Shown: positions 29,474 to 41,018, counted from the first letter of the stretch. The stretch is 64,000 bases of DNA from Octopus sinensis (GCF_006345805.1 NC_043019.1:8059360-8123359); one strand, 5' to 3'. The notes: a model not told the origin generated them from the sequence alone. Numbers and translations: made by a program.

Positions 29474-29680
29474 TATATATATATATATATATATATGTCT
29501 TATGTGTGTATATATAATTATATATATATATTAGGGAATTCGTGGTAATTAGTCTATATTTTTCGATATGATTATATATAGGTTATATATGGATTATATA
29601 CTTATATTTTTTCATTTATACTTTAATTATTTAAAGTATTATTTTTATATATTTTAAAATTTTGATTTTTTAGATTGGAA

Positions 29681-29726
29681 GTCCACCTGAAGATTGTCGA
29701 TCAAGACAAGAACGATTTATTGGCGG
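29681..29726 (+). ncRNA. Degenerate hammerhead-like motif in the PLE pLTR
   Basis: CTGAAGA-TTGTC(gatcaa)GACAA-GAAC, one A short of GAAAC. Stems I and III are poorly defined. Confidence 0.4.
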
Positions 29727-29922
29727 TTTTTTTTGACTATTATTAAATTTTATGTATTGATTAAGTCTTTCCTTGTTTTGTTTTGCAAATAGTGGTTTTG
29801 TCTCAAATAATATTTATATATATATATATATATATAATATATATATATATGTATATATGTGTATATATATATATAAGATATATATATATAATATATAATA
29901 TATATATATATATATGTATGTA

Positions 29923-29981
<59 letters not shown>

Positions 29982-30507
29982 ATATATGTTCCTCTTGCTA
30001 GCTCTCTCACATTCAATCTCTGGTCCTCTCATCATCTATCGCTTGACTCGAAATTACTTACTCTGTCTCCCCTAGTTTTCTCGCCTCTCTTCGTCTCACT
30101 CACATACAGATACACATTCATTCGGGGAGGGGGTCTTTGTCGAGTTAATGAATATAATAAAATTAGAAATCTGTGTTGATTACACTGTAAATTTTAATCC
30201 TAAAATGGTTTACGTTCCATGTTTATGTGCCTGTGTGTGGTTCTATAATTTTCTGTGAGATTTATTTGTTTCTTTTGATTTAGCAGGCGCCAAATTTCAG
30301 TCGCCAATTCGCTGTGAAAAATTCATTTTTAGGCAAGAGAATTGAAATAAACAAAAAAAATAATTGTAAAAGTAACAGAACTATATTGATATATAAACCG
30401 AAAATAATAAAAAAAAAAAAAACCGAAAATTGTTAAAAAATAGAAATGCATTAAAACATTGTGAGAAAACTTTAATCAATTTTTATCATGAGAAAATATA
30501 AAGCAAA

Positions 30508-30584
<77 letters not shown>

Positions 30585-30909
30585 AAGAAGAAGAAGAAGA
30601 AGAAGAATTATGTTGTGTTTGAGGTTAATTTATAACTTACGAGGATATTATAACCTCTTGGCGTTTATTGTACGATTCTGTATAAAAAGATATGGTCATT
30701 CCTTGTAGAAACGGCAGCCCCTTCCGTCGTTTCAATTTGTTTTATGCATTCATGGCTACTACGACTGGCCCCTCAGCATCAGCAGTAAAGTTGCTTCGGA
30801 CGGAATGCTTAAATCTATGCTTTCATTTATAACATATATGCATATATATGTGCATATATGTATGCATATGTATACGTATATATTTATATATGTATGCGTG
30901 TCTGTGTAC

Positions 30910-30945
<36 letters not shown>

Positions 30946-31196
30946 GCATACATATGCACAACTATATACATATATGTGTACATATGTACATACACATACA
31001 TTTAGAAATATATACATACATACGTACATTCAGATAGAGAGATAGACATACAAATCAAAATGTATATGGATTTGTATATATGTACATATATATATATGCC
31101 ATGGAATTCTACAAATCGCAAATTAAAAAAATAACGAGGCCTGTGAAGGATCAACAAAGAAGTTGTATTAGTTCGACGCTCAGGAAAGTTGGAAGT

Positions 31197-31232
31197 CTTT
31201 GACGTTTCGCGCCTACTCCACTCTGCTGAAAG
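31197..31232 (-). ncRNA. Degenerate minimal hammerhead in a PLE pLTR remnant (~31130-31300)
   Basis: Minus strand reads cttt-CAGCAGA-gtg(gagtagg)cgc-GAAACGTC-aaag. The downstream ...tttcctgagcgtc...taatac resembles the sequence after the 59587 hammerhead. Confidence 0.5.
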
Positions 31233-31587
31233 CTATATGTATTAGTTTATACGAGTAAATGTGAGAGTGTATTTCTATATATATATACGATTAGAGGTTG
31301 TTAGCGTCATGATGGGATGGTTTAATCTAAGGAAATACTGATTGAATACCTACTACTTTGGGGGATTTAATTTCGTTAATATAATAGGTATATATACATA
31401 AATCCATAAACACGTATAAAACATCCAAAGGTATATTTCCATTCCTTCTCAAGATATTGTGTTTAGGTCATATGAACTTAATTAGATTCAATGAGGATTA
31501 ATTGAAACAGCTGTAAGGGATGATGACTGAGTTGTTGTTAATAATAACCAATTAACTTCCCAATCTCCATTCTCTTTTTTCTTCAAT

Positions 31588-31631
<44 letters not shown>

Positions 31632-31835
31632 CGTGTCAGTATGTTTGTGTGTGTGTGTACACATAGGCTCACACACACACTCATAAATGTGTATGTGTAT
31701 ATATATACATACATATAAGTGTGTGTGTGTGTATAGATTAATGATTTGCCAGGGTAGTAATGGTAGGGAATATGTTAGTGTATTTATCAATGCCCTGTGA
31801 CTAGTGTGATTAAGACAGTTGGTTTATCATCAACC

Positions 31836-31847
31836 GGGAATTGTAGT
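31836..31847. promoter_or_regulatory. ACTACAATTCCC (ZNF143/THAP11-type SBS) motif; possible promoter
   Basis: Exact GGGAATTGTAGT in a locally GC/CpG-richer segment, with a plus-strand donor GAG|GTATGG at 31988/31989. Single motif only. Confidence 0.35.
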
Positions 31848-31999
31848 GCGAAGGGTTAGAGCAGCGGAGGACGAAAGAAAAGGACGGAGCATCTAAATCA
31901 CACTTCTTGGTGTTGAAACTCTGATACTCTGTGGAGCTGTTGAAGTGCGTAGAAATTCCCTGAGAACCACTTCTAGCAAACTCCGGAGGTATGGCGAGG

Positions 32000-32430
32000 T
32001 GGAGAAACCTTCTGTGTCACACATGGCTTTCAAGCGGTAATCCGTTCCAACCAGCAATTGCCCAGACACTCCAGCTGATTCACACACCAGAATCCTTGTT
32101 CAAAATTGTGTCCTTTCCTGCTCAGTCCCTTCACGCCGACTACAGCTTTATTCCCTCAGTAGCAGCTTCCGCGTTATACAGCCTTTGCAATACTCATAGA
32201 AACCTAAGTATCAACCATGATGACATCGATTTTATACCCAGCGCGATCTTCAATAATATAGCTAATTCTTTCCCAATATTCATTTCACTTCCAGTCCTCC
32301 GTATCAGTTAAATTATTTCTTAACTACAAGTTTTATATTTATGCTCTCCAGCGCCGTTGGCTTTTCACCAACTCATCAAGCTCTTCTCGAATAAAAGAAG
32401 ATATTAAATCGGCAAGTTTAGACTCGTCAC
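32000..32430 (-). pseudogene. Possible highly decayed LINE (RTE-like) AP-endonuclease remnant
   Basis: Fragments EELDELVKSQRR..., RTGSEM..GKELAILLK and AGKDTILNKD loosely follow the APE motif order. Many stops; judged by eye only. Confidence 0.25.
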
Positions 32431-33041
32431 CCTCCATATACTTATATATTTCTCTCTCTCTCTCTCTTTCTCTCTGTATATATATATATCCACATACTCT
32501 TAAGAATATATAAGTATATATATATATATATGTATATAAAGTATATATATACATACATACACATGTATATGTATATGTTTCATTGTACATATGCACATAC
32601 ATATGTTCAAACTTACACCAGCTCACATTCTCACATATGCGGACGCGTACTCTCTCTGCTTTTCTCTCACTGTCTCTCACACACACAGACTCAGACACAC
32701 GTGACTATGTGTTAATCATGGCTTGCATGGAATGTGTCCGAGTTTGCAGCGAAAATGTGCGAGATGAACTATGCGTGTGGTCTGGTCTGATTTTGTATTG
32801 GTCATTGCCAGGAGTGAAGTAACACGTATCTCTTGGCAACTGAAGCAATATCGGCAAAAGTTGTGGAATATCTCATCGCCATTCTTTGATTGATATCTGG
32901 CATGATCTTCTGAATTCTCGATGTTGAAGTTCAACTGCCTGTTTGTATTCCATAAATGATTTTCAAACTATCGGATGCCAATATAGGTTGTTGTAATATA
33001 GGCTTCTGCCTCAATGTGTCTCAATGCTGACATAAGATATA

Positions 33042-33072
<31 letters not shown>

Positions 33073-33212
33073 CATACATAGATACATACATACATACATA
33101 CATACATACATGCATACATACATATATACATATATACATATATATATATATATACATATTTGTGTGTGTGTGAATGTGTGCGTGCATGTATGTGTTTGTA
33201 TAGACCTATGTG

Positions 33213-33262
<50 letters not shown>

Positions 33263-33434
33263 ATATAATATATATGTTAATGTTTGTATTTATGTTACAG
33301 TAGAGCCAGACTTACATGAAATTGATGGTTTGCTCAATACATTTGGTAGAGTAAAATTTTATTATCCTTTCATAATGAATATATTTATAAAAAATATGCA
33401 TACATACATACATTTATATATATATATATATATA

Positions 33435-33480
<46 letters not shown>

Positions 33481-33894
33481 GTGTGTGTGTGTGTGTGTGT
33501 GTATAATGTATGTATATTTCAATTAGGATTATATACAACCTGAAACTCAAAGTAATGGTTAATATATTTCTGGCTTTGTGCAACTGACCGATTACAAGTT
33601 TACATGTAAATGCAAAATATGATGGGATCTGTCTAAAAACTCTCCCGATTGGCCAAATTGACTGAATTAAGCATTTGTTCTCTCTCTTATCACTTTGATG
33701 AAATGAGGATTCGTATAAGCTTAAACCTGATACAGAAATTGTACGGCATCTTTGATATGAAATTCATTTCAACGTTATTTTTCTGTAACTGTTTAAGTAT
33801 TGTTTCGTTAATTAATTTCTTCCCTCCGAAAACCAATGTATTTGAATTCCTTTGTGATGTATTCTTATGGCAGTAAAATATATTTATCGAAAGA

Positions 33895-34510
33895 CTGCGA
33901 GCTGGCAGAAACGTTAGGACACCTGGCGAAATGCTTAGCGGTATTTCGTCTGCCGCTACGTTCTGAGTTCAAATTCCGCCGAGGTCCACTTTGCCTTTCA
34001 TCCTTTCGGGGTCGATTAAAAAAGTACCAGTTACGCACTGAGATCGATATAATCGACTTAATCCGTATGTCTGTCCTTGTTTGTCCTCTCTGTGTTTAGC
34101 CACTTGTAGGTAGTAAAGAAATAGGTATTTCGTTTGCGTTACGCTCTGAGTTCAAATTCCACCGAGGTCGACTTTATCTTTCATCCTTTCTGGGTCAACA
34201 AATTAAGTACTAGCTGCGTACTGGAGTCGATCTAATCGACTGCCCCCTTCCCCAAAATCTCCGGCCTTGTGCCTAGAGTAAGAAAGAATATATATTTATC
34301 GAATGCGCCGAGTTTTGAGCGCGCCGAGCGAAAAGCTTATTAGCATTTCTTCCGTCTTCACGTTTTGATTTCAAATTCCGCCGATATCGACTTTGTCTTA
34401 CATTCTTTCACGTTCGATAAAGTAAGTTGTAGCTGAACATTGGAGTGTATTTAATCGACTAATCCTTCATCTAAAATTGCCCACCTGTGCTAAAATTCGA
34501 AACTGTTACG
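33895..34510 (+). mobile_element. Three head-to-tail family B SINE copies
   Basis: gagttcaaattcc(g/a)ccga(g/t) B-box segments at about 33965, 34148 and 34370, each followed by a gtcgactttg/a...gat...aatcgact body. Confidence 0.88.
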
Positions 34511-35749
34511 CTTTTATCTAAGGTTTTCAATTAATTCTTTTAATATGCTGGGTGAGTTTTTAATATCTCAATTTTGTCCTTATCTATTTTCTTCACGAAC
34601 CGAACGATAAACAAACGAGGACGTTTATTCTGTGGATCACCCTGATTCACCAGAACGTTAGACAAATATATTGGAGCCTTAATGACACCGCTGTTTCCTT
34701 TGTTCTTCGGAACCACATAATTTTCTAGTATCTCACTTCTAAGACATTAGTGTATATTACAAGTAAATTTAACTGTAATTTCTGGCTGCTCCAGCGACAC
34801 CACAAAACACTTCCTCCGAAGTTGATCTAACCGACAAAGACGCTGTTTTCTTTAAGAATTATGGAGAATTATAGCGCAACGTAATTAATTCTTCGGAGGT
34901 GTTTTCAATATGTTCCTACTTCAAAGACAATATTACAGAATGCACACTAGCTGTAACATATTAAGTTATTCAGATTTTTATTATATGAAATCAAATAACA
35001 GTTGCCAATCCAACGTGTGGAAAGGTCACGGTTGTTGTTGTTGATTAGCTATAGGTCAACACTGATCTGACAGAATTATGATCAAACGCATTCCAGCTGT
35101 GAAAAGTTAGTCTTTTTTTTTCCGCCCCACCTTTTTTTCTTTCTCATTTTTTTTTTTATGTCAGGCGCAGCACATTTAGGAATTATATCATGCACTATGT
35201 CATCGCTTGTTTTAGGAAGATTGTGTGCTGTTGAGAGGAATATCGCTATTATTTAATCCGGATATCTCTGTTCTGTCTATCAGCCTGAGTGAACACTTTA
35301 CTCAGATACCCCCACGGGTTTTCATTCCAAATCGTGTTGTTTTGTCGTTATTTTTTTTTCTTTTTGTTGCTTTTGTTGTTGTCAATGTTGTCAAACTTGG
35401 GTGAACAATTTTATTGTCAAAAGCGATCCAGCTATCGTACGTCCATTTTTATTTACTGACTCAGTTGATCGGTCAAGATTTGATTTCCAGCCCTAACACC
35501 TCAATGGATCGTTACTGTGTCTGTTCTGTCGCTCAGCTCCTATAAATGTCTTTTGCGTGATTATATTTATAGGTTTGCGTCAAAATTCAAAGATAGTCAA
35601 ACGTTATTCAATAAATTTTAAGTTTTCTCTGCCCCCTATGCGTTACCCTACGCTACTCAGCATATGTGCACACCCCTTTGCATCGTGAAAATAGAATGTT
35701 GACACTCATGGTGATTTAAAAGAACCTAAGAGTATTAATCCTTTCTTCT

Positions 35750-36204
35750 TTAGGTAAAAGCCTGAAATTTGGGCGAAGTGGCGAGTCAAATATATTGAAT
35801 TCGATGTTCAATTAGTAGTTATTTCATCAACCTGGAAAGGTTTAAAAAACAAAGTCGACTTCTGATCAGTTTGAAGTCAGAAAGTAAAAACAGAAATAGA
35901 TGCTTAGCGTTTTGTACGGTGGACAAACAAATCTGCCACCTCGCTGACTTTTCAGAGTTAATAATGCTAAATATAAATCGTTTCCACTAAATGCACAAGG
36001 CCTGGACTTTTCCGGGGAGGCGGGGCCAGTCGATTTCAACAACTTTAGCGTTCAATTGGTACTTATTTTATCGAACCTGAAAGGTTGTAAGGCAAAGTCG
36101 ACCTCGGCGGAATTTGAACTCAGAACATATAGCCGGACGAAATGCAGATGAGCATTTTTCTCGGCGTGCGCACAAATCTGCCAGCTTGCTGCCTTTACTG
36201 TAGG

Positions 36205-36247
<43 letters not shown>

Positions 36248-36472
36248 TAATAATAATAATAATCTATTCTACTCTAGGCACAAGGCCCGAAATTGTGTGG
36301 GAGGGGGCCAGTGGATTAGATTGACCCCAATACTCAACAGGTACTTAATTTATCGATTCCGAAAGGATGAAAAGTTAAGTCAGACACGGCGGAATTTGAA
36401 CTCAGAACGTGGCGGCAGGTGAAATACTGCTAAGCATTTCTCCCATCATGCAAACGATTCTGCTAACTCACT
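35750..36472 (-). mobile_element. Three family B SINE copies, minus strand, variably decayed
   Basis: aaagtcgac...ggaatttgaactcagaac motifs at about 35850, 36095 and 36385. Confidence 0.8.
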
Positions 36473-36502
36473 GTCTTAATAATGATAATATTATTATTAT
36501 TA

Positions 36503-36539
<37 letters not shown>

Positions 36540-37495
36540 TTATATTAAATAAATACTTACGTGTGCATACGCGAAAATGCTTGACATATATATATTTTTC
36601 TCATGTATGTATGTATGTATGTATGTATGTATGTATGTATGCGTTTATATAATTGTATGATATGTGTGCGTGTATGTGATGCCTGTCATTTGTGTGCGTA
36701 TGTAGATACATATAAATATACATACATGCAAACATACAAATGTATATATATATATATATGTCAAACATTTTCGCGTATGCACACAAGTATTTGTTTGTGT
36801 AAGCAGTAAAATGTATATTATTTATTACCTTGTGTTTCAATGTTTTTACTCATGTTTTTGCCCATATGGCAAATAAGGGTAACATTGCCATTGTTATTAT
36901 TATTATTAGTAGTATTATTATTATTGTTACCGATGTTGTTATCGTTGTTTTGTTTGCTCTCCTAATTCTTACGCTTATTGCTGTTGTAGCCAATATCTTA
37001 CTATTTTATTCTTCTTCTTAACGTTGTTGCAGTTTTCTTGCCTTATTTATGTTTGCATTTTTTCCTTCTTGTCTTTTTCCAATTACTTGAACTTCTTCGC
37101 ATTGATTTCTTCTTTCGGATTCCATCTTTCCTTACCAATTTGGTGTGGTTCCAATTTTCTTTTATTGTTTTAAGAATCAATTAGAATTTGGCAAAACCAA
37201 GGAATCTTGTCTGGCAGCATATACCAATACATAGAACTGGGTGTAGTTTGGTTGGTCAATAACACCGAACCACTCGTATGGACCTTCCATTTCTGTTGCG
37301 CGCATACATATATACGTGTATACATGCGTGTGTGTGTCTGTATCTGTACATACATACATACACGCACACACGCATACTTGCACACACACTCACAAATACA
37401 TATTGTTTTCGCGTGTATGCATATGCACAAGTGAAGTTGGTAACTTTGTTTTTAGCGATTTATCCGTTTTCATTTATCTCCCTCTAATATTATTA

Positions 37496-37537
<42 letters not shown>

Positions 37538-37657
37538 TATTATATTATTATTATTATTATTATTATTGTTATTATCATTATTATTATTATTATTATTATT
37601 ATATTATTATTATTATTATTATTATATTATTATTATTATTATTATTATATTATTTTA

Positions 37658-37714
<57 letters not shown>

Positions 37715-38025
37715 GTCAGTATTCTTATTTGTATCACGAGCTTTCACTGCACTACCGAGCGCAGCTCTGTGTGCCTTGGGCCTGTGCTGTGGTTTGTTTT
37801 GTTGTTGTTATTATCGTTGTATTGAAAGTGTTTTATGTAGGATATCTTGTAGTATTTTCTGTGTGTTATATACGTTCGTAAGTCCTGGTGTTTTGGTTAT
37901 ATATGTCTGTCAGTATGCTTCTTAATCATACTTAATGCACCTAATATTAAAGGGATTGTTTTTGGCTTTTAGACTCCACACTCGGGTAATCTCTATTTTG
38001 TAATCTTTGTATTTCGAAAATCATC
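37715..38025 (-). mobile_element. R4/Dong-clade LINE 3' fragment (family 2)
   Basis: Minus translation SKYKDYKIEITRVWSLKA, frameshift, TIPLILGALSMIKKHTD...ILHKTLSIQ. The 3' UTR ends in a long (TAA)n tract (37490-37714). Confidence 0.85.
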
Positions 38026-38372
38026 TCTTGCCATAAAATACATGGATTTATAATTATGCAGCAAAAAATGTTGTTTGATGAACGAGGTTGAAAGTCAAGA
38101 GGACAGATACATTTCTGTTTTGTAGGGGCCTCATCGAATTTTTCAAGTTTGACTTGAAGAGAAAGCTGTGAGCGGAGAGAGAGAGAAGTGCTGTGCTATC
38201 CCTGAGCGAATTTATTGTAAATTTGATAAAAATGTGAAAATGGCTAGTGTGGATTGTAGCTCTCTAAAGTGTAGACCTGGTATTCGAGTACTACTTTTTC
38301 CACCTTGCTTCGTATTTATGTGCTTACTCTAGTATATATATGTATATGTATATATATATATTATATATATAT

Positions 38373-38405
<33 letters not shown>

Positions 38406-38418
38406 GTATATGTATATA

Positions 38419-38449
<31 letters not shown>

Positions 38450-38509
38450 ATTATAAATGAGGGTGAAAAATCGATATTAATCCACATAGTGGATAACTCT
38501 CTAATAATT

Positions 38510-38587
<78 letters not shown>

Positions 38588-38724
38588 TTAAAAATAGGAT
38601 AACATCTGTATAAGAATTTATCAAGAAGTCAGCATAAAAACCTCAAAAATAAAATGAAGTGAAAAAATTAATATATATATATTTGTGCGTGTGTGTGTAT
38701 TTATGTATGTATTACTGTATATGT

Positions 38725-38912
38725 TGTTTATCACCCCCATCGCTTCACAACAGTTTTTGGTGTGCTTATGTCCCCGTTTCTGAGCGTTTGAGCAACAGAG
38801 ACCGGCAGAATAAGTACTAGACTTACAAAGAATAAGTCTTAGGGTCGATTTGTTCGACTAAAGGAGGTACTCTAGCATGGCCGCAGTCAAACGACTGTGA
38901 CAAGTAAAAAAA
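38725..38912 (+). mobile_element. Family A SINE, 3' half
   Basis: cccccatcgctt...ggtgtg...gaataagtactag...ctaaaggaggtactctagcatggccgcagtcaa. Confidence 0.8.
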
Positions 38913-38926
38913 TAAAAATTAATAAA

Positions 38927-39135
38927 GGCGGTAAGCTGACAGAAATTTTAGCACGCCCAGCAAAATATTTAGCGGAAATGGGTCTGTTACTACGTTCTGA
39001 GTTAAAATTGCACCGAAGTTTAGTTTACCTTTCATTCTTTCGGGGCCGATAAAATAAGTACCAGTCCAGCGCTAGGGTCGATGTAATAAACTACTCCCCT
39101 CCCACGAAATTACTAGTCTTGTGCTTAGAATAGAC
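38927..39135 (+). mobile_element. Family B SINE
   Basis: ggcggtaagctgacagaaattttagcacgccc...ttctgagttaaaattgcaccgaag...ggtcgatgtaat. Confidence 0.8.
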
Positions 39136-39144
39136 AGGAAGAAA

Positions 39145-39376
39145 TACCTGTTTCTTTATTACCCACAAGGGGTATAACACAGAGGGGACAAACGAGGACA
39201 GACAAATTAAGTCAATTACATCGACCCCAGTCATTAACTGGTACTTATTTAATCGACGCCAAAAGGATGAAAGGCAAAGTCGACCATGGCGGTATTTGAA
39301 CTCAGAACATAACGGCATCCGAAATACAGCTACGCATTTCGCCCGGCGTGCCAACGTTTCTGCCAGCTCGCCGCCT
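39145..39376 (-). mobile_element. Family B SINE, tail-to-tail with 38927-39135
   Basis: Reverse complement of ggcggcgagctggcagaaacgttggcacgccgggcgaaatgcgtag...gttcaaataccgccatggtcgactttgcc. Confidence 0.9.
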
Positions 39377-39743
39377 TAACCTGGAAGAAATATCTTTAAG
39401 ATGTATAACCAAGTGACATGAAAATTATAGAACACACCAACGAAAAATATACTCGAAGACAAAAAGAAAAACCTTATCGCGAAGAGATCGAATGATAAAT
39501 GTGCCACGAAATTCGCAAGTCTGACAAATATATTCTCGCTTTTGTTTTTGCCTTCAGGATGAAGATTGCAAATTAGTTCACATCTTGATGGAAGAATTGT
39601 AAACATTAATCATTTATGATATTTTCTCTGCAATTTATCCTTTCCTTTATCTTTCACTCTTTTCAGTCAATATACATCCAACCATGCTGGGGCACTGCCT
39701 TCCAGAATATTTGTTGGTCGAACAAACTCACCGTAGTACATTC

Positions 39744-39810
<67 letters not shown>

Positions 39811-39839
39811 TTGTTGTTGTTGTTGTTGTTATTATTATC

Positions 39840-40235
39840 ATTTTATTGTTTTTGCACAGCTTCTGATGCTGGAGATGTACTACGGTGCCAGCTGTTCACT
39901 ACCAGTGAACTATGGTAACACTCCTCATTTTTCAAACACTATCCGGAGTATTCGAGCTGTTCCAAGCAGTGCCGTGGTTTGCGAGTTCTCAACCCTTATT
40001 GCAGCTCCTATTTGTTCCATGTCCTTCTCAACGTTTTTACTCCCTGATCCCAGGGCACCGACAATTATTGGTACTACTGCCACCTTTTCTTCATCGACCA
40101 AAACTGCTTAACCCCACAAGCTCACCTCTCATAACTATCGATTTTTCTTTCTTCGTTATCGCATACGTTGTTGTCAGCTGTACATGCCATACCTATGATC
40201 CAGCATCGTTTGCTTTCTTTCTCAATTAAGACTTA
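39840..40235 (-). mobile_element. R4/Dong-clade LINE 3' fragment (family 3)
   Basis: Minus translation VLIEKESKRCWIIGMACTADNNVCDNEERKIDSYER*...WSMKKKVAVVPIIVGALGSG...TALLGTARILRIVFEK*. Followed by a (TAA)n/(CAA)n tail (39745-39840). Confidence 0.85.
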
Positions 40236-40354
40236 TGTTGTTGTTGTTTGCTCAGGTTCCTGTTCTTTCGCTCTGTATTGCAGAATCTCTAAGTTACGGC
40301 TACGTAAACACAGCAATACTTGTTGTCAAGGTGTGACAGACACAGAAGAACCTT

Positions 40355-40468
40355 AATTCTTCATCAGTTATCGACCAAAAATACTCATACTCAGTTTCGT
40401 GCATTTAACGTTAAGACAGAGGTACGAAACTAACTATTATTTGTTTGATCGATAACTGATGAAGAATT
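40355..40468. other. 114-bp imperfect palindrome (hairpin)
   Basis: Perfect 20-bp outer arms AATTCTTCATCAGTTATCGA / TCGATAACTGATGAAGAATT, plus inner arms tcagtttcgtgc / gtacgaaactaa. Confidence 0.85.
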
Positions 40469-40647
40469 TTATGACATTTGCCTGTTTTCCATTTGTGTCT
40501 TTCAGTGTCCGAAAAAATAGTTCATGTTCCATTTACTCGTACTTCGTACTTCTTTTTGTTGTACACGTTTCGTGACGTCCTGTACCTACATATGCGTATA
40601 TAGATATACGTATAGATGTAAGTATGTACATATATGTATATATATAT

Positions 40648-40672
40648 GTACTAGCTACGGCGATACATATTG

Positions 40673-40704
<32 letters not shown>

Positions 40705-40754
40705 GGCCCCCTGCGCAAGGATGACACGCAAATTCGTGAAGCGTTCCATATTTT
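40648..40754 (+). ncRNA. U6: U6 spliceosomal snRNA sequence, full length, most likely a retrocopy
   Basis: GTACTAGCTACGGCGATACATATTGTAAAATTGGAACGATACAGAGAAGATTAGCATGGCCCCCTGCGCAAGGATGACACGCAAATTCGTGAAGCGTTCCATATTTT. The ACAGAGA box and AGC triad are intact. The 5' stem is disrupted, the ISL has an extra C, and no recognisable PSE or TATA lies upstream. Confidence 0.97.
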
Positions 40755-40810
40755 CCTAAACGGCGGTGCATCAGCATGGCTGTAGCTCTGAGCTGAAACT
40801 AGAAAAAAAA
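40755..40810 (+). mobile_element. SINE/LINE-type 3' tail fused directly to U6
   Basis: cctaaacggcggtgcatcagcatggctgtagctctgagctgaaactagaaaaaaaa aligns with the family A tail at 12405-12456 and ends in an A-run followed by (TA)n. Confidence 0.85.
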
Positions 40811-40858
40811 TATATATATATCATATTATATATATATATTATATATATAATGTATATA

Positions 40859-40909
<51 letters not shown>

Positions 40910-40986
40910 GTATATATAATATTATATATATAATATAATATATATAGTTATATATGTATATTATAGTTATAGTTACATATGTATGC

Positions 40987-41018
<32 letters not shown>

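Larger units (their letters stand above)
28149..29810 (+). mobile_element. 5'-truncated Penelope-like element (probably Neptune-type) with inverted pLTR segment
   Basis: GIY-YIG endonuclease ORF at 28452-29163 is flanked by ~303-bp inverted repeats. The downstream pLTR remainder carries a hammerhead-like motif. Inserted in (TA)n. Confidence 0.9.

Noticed and set aside
31991-32311. 106-aa plus-strand ORF with a cyclin-like SFIPSVAASALY segment
   Set aside because: The resemblance is a few residues only, there is no supporting exon structure, and the opposite strand fits a decayed LINE endonuclease at least as well.
32716-32934. Possible hAT dimerisation-domain remnant (FADIASVAKRY)
   Set aside because: The diagnostic SERxFS motif is absent.
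40648-40754. U6 as a functional gene
   Set aside because: No PSE/TATA arrangement upstream, disrupted 5' stem, extra C in the ISL and a fused retroposon tail. Kept as a retrocopy.
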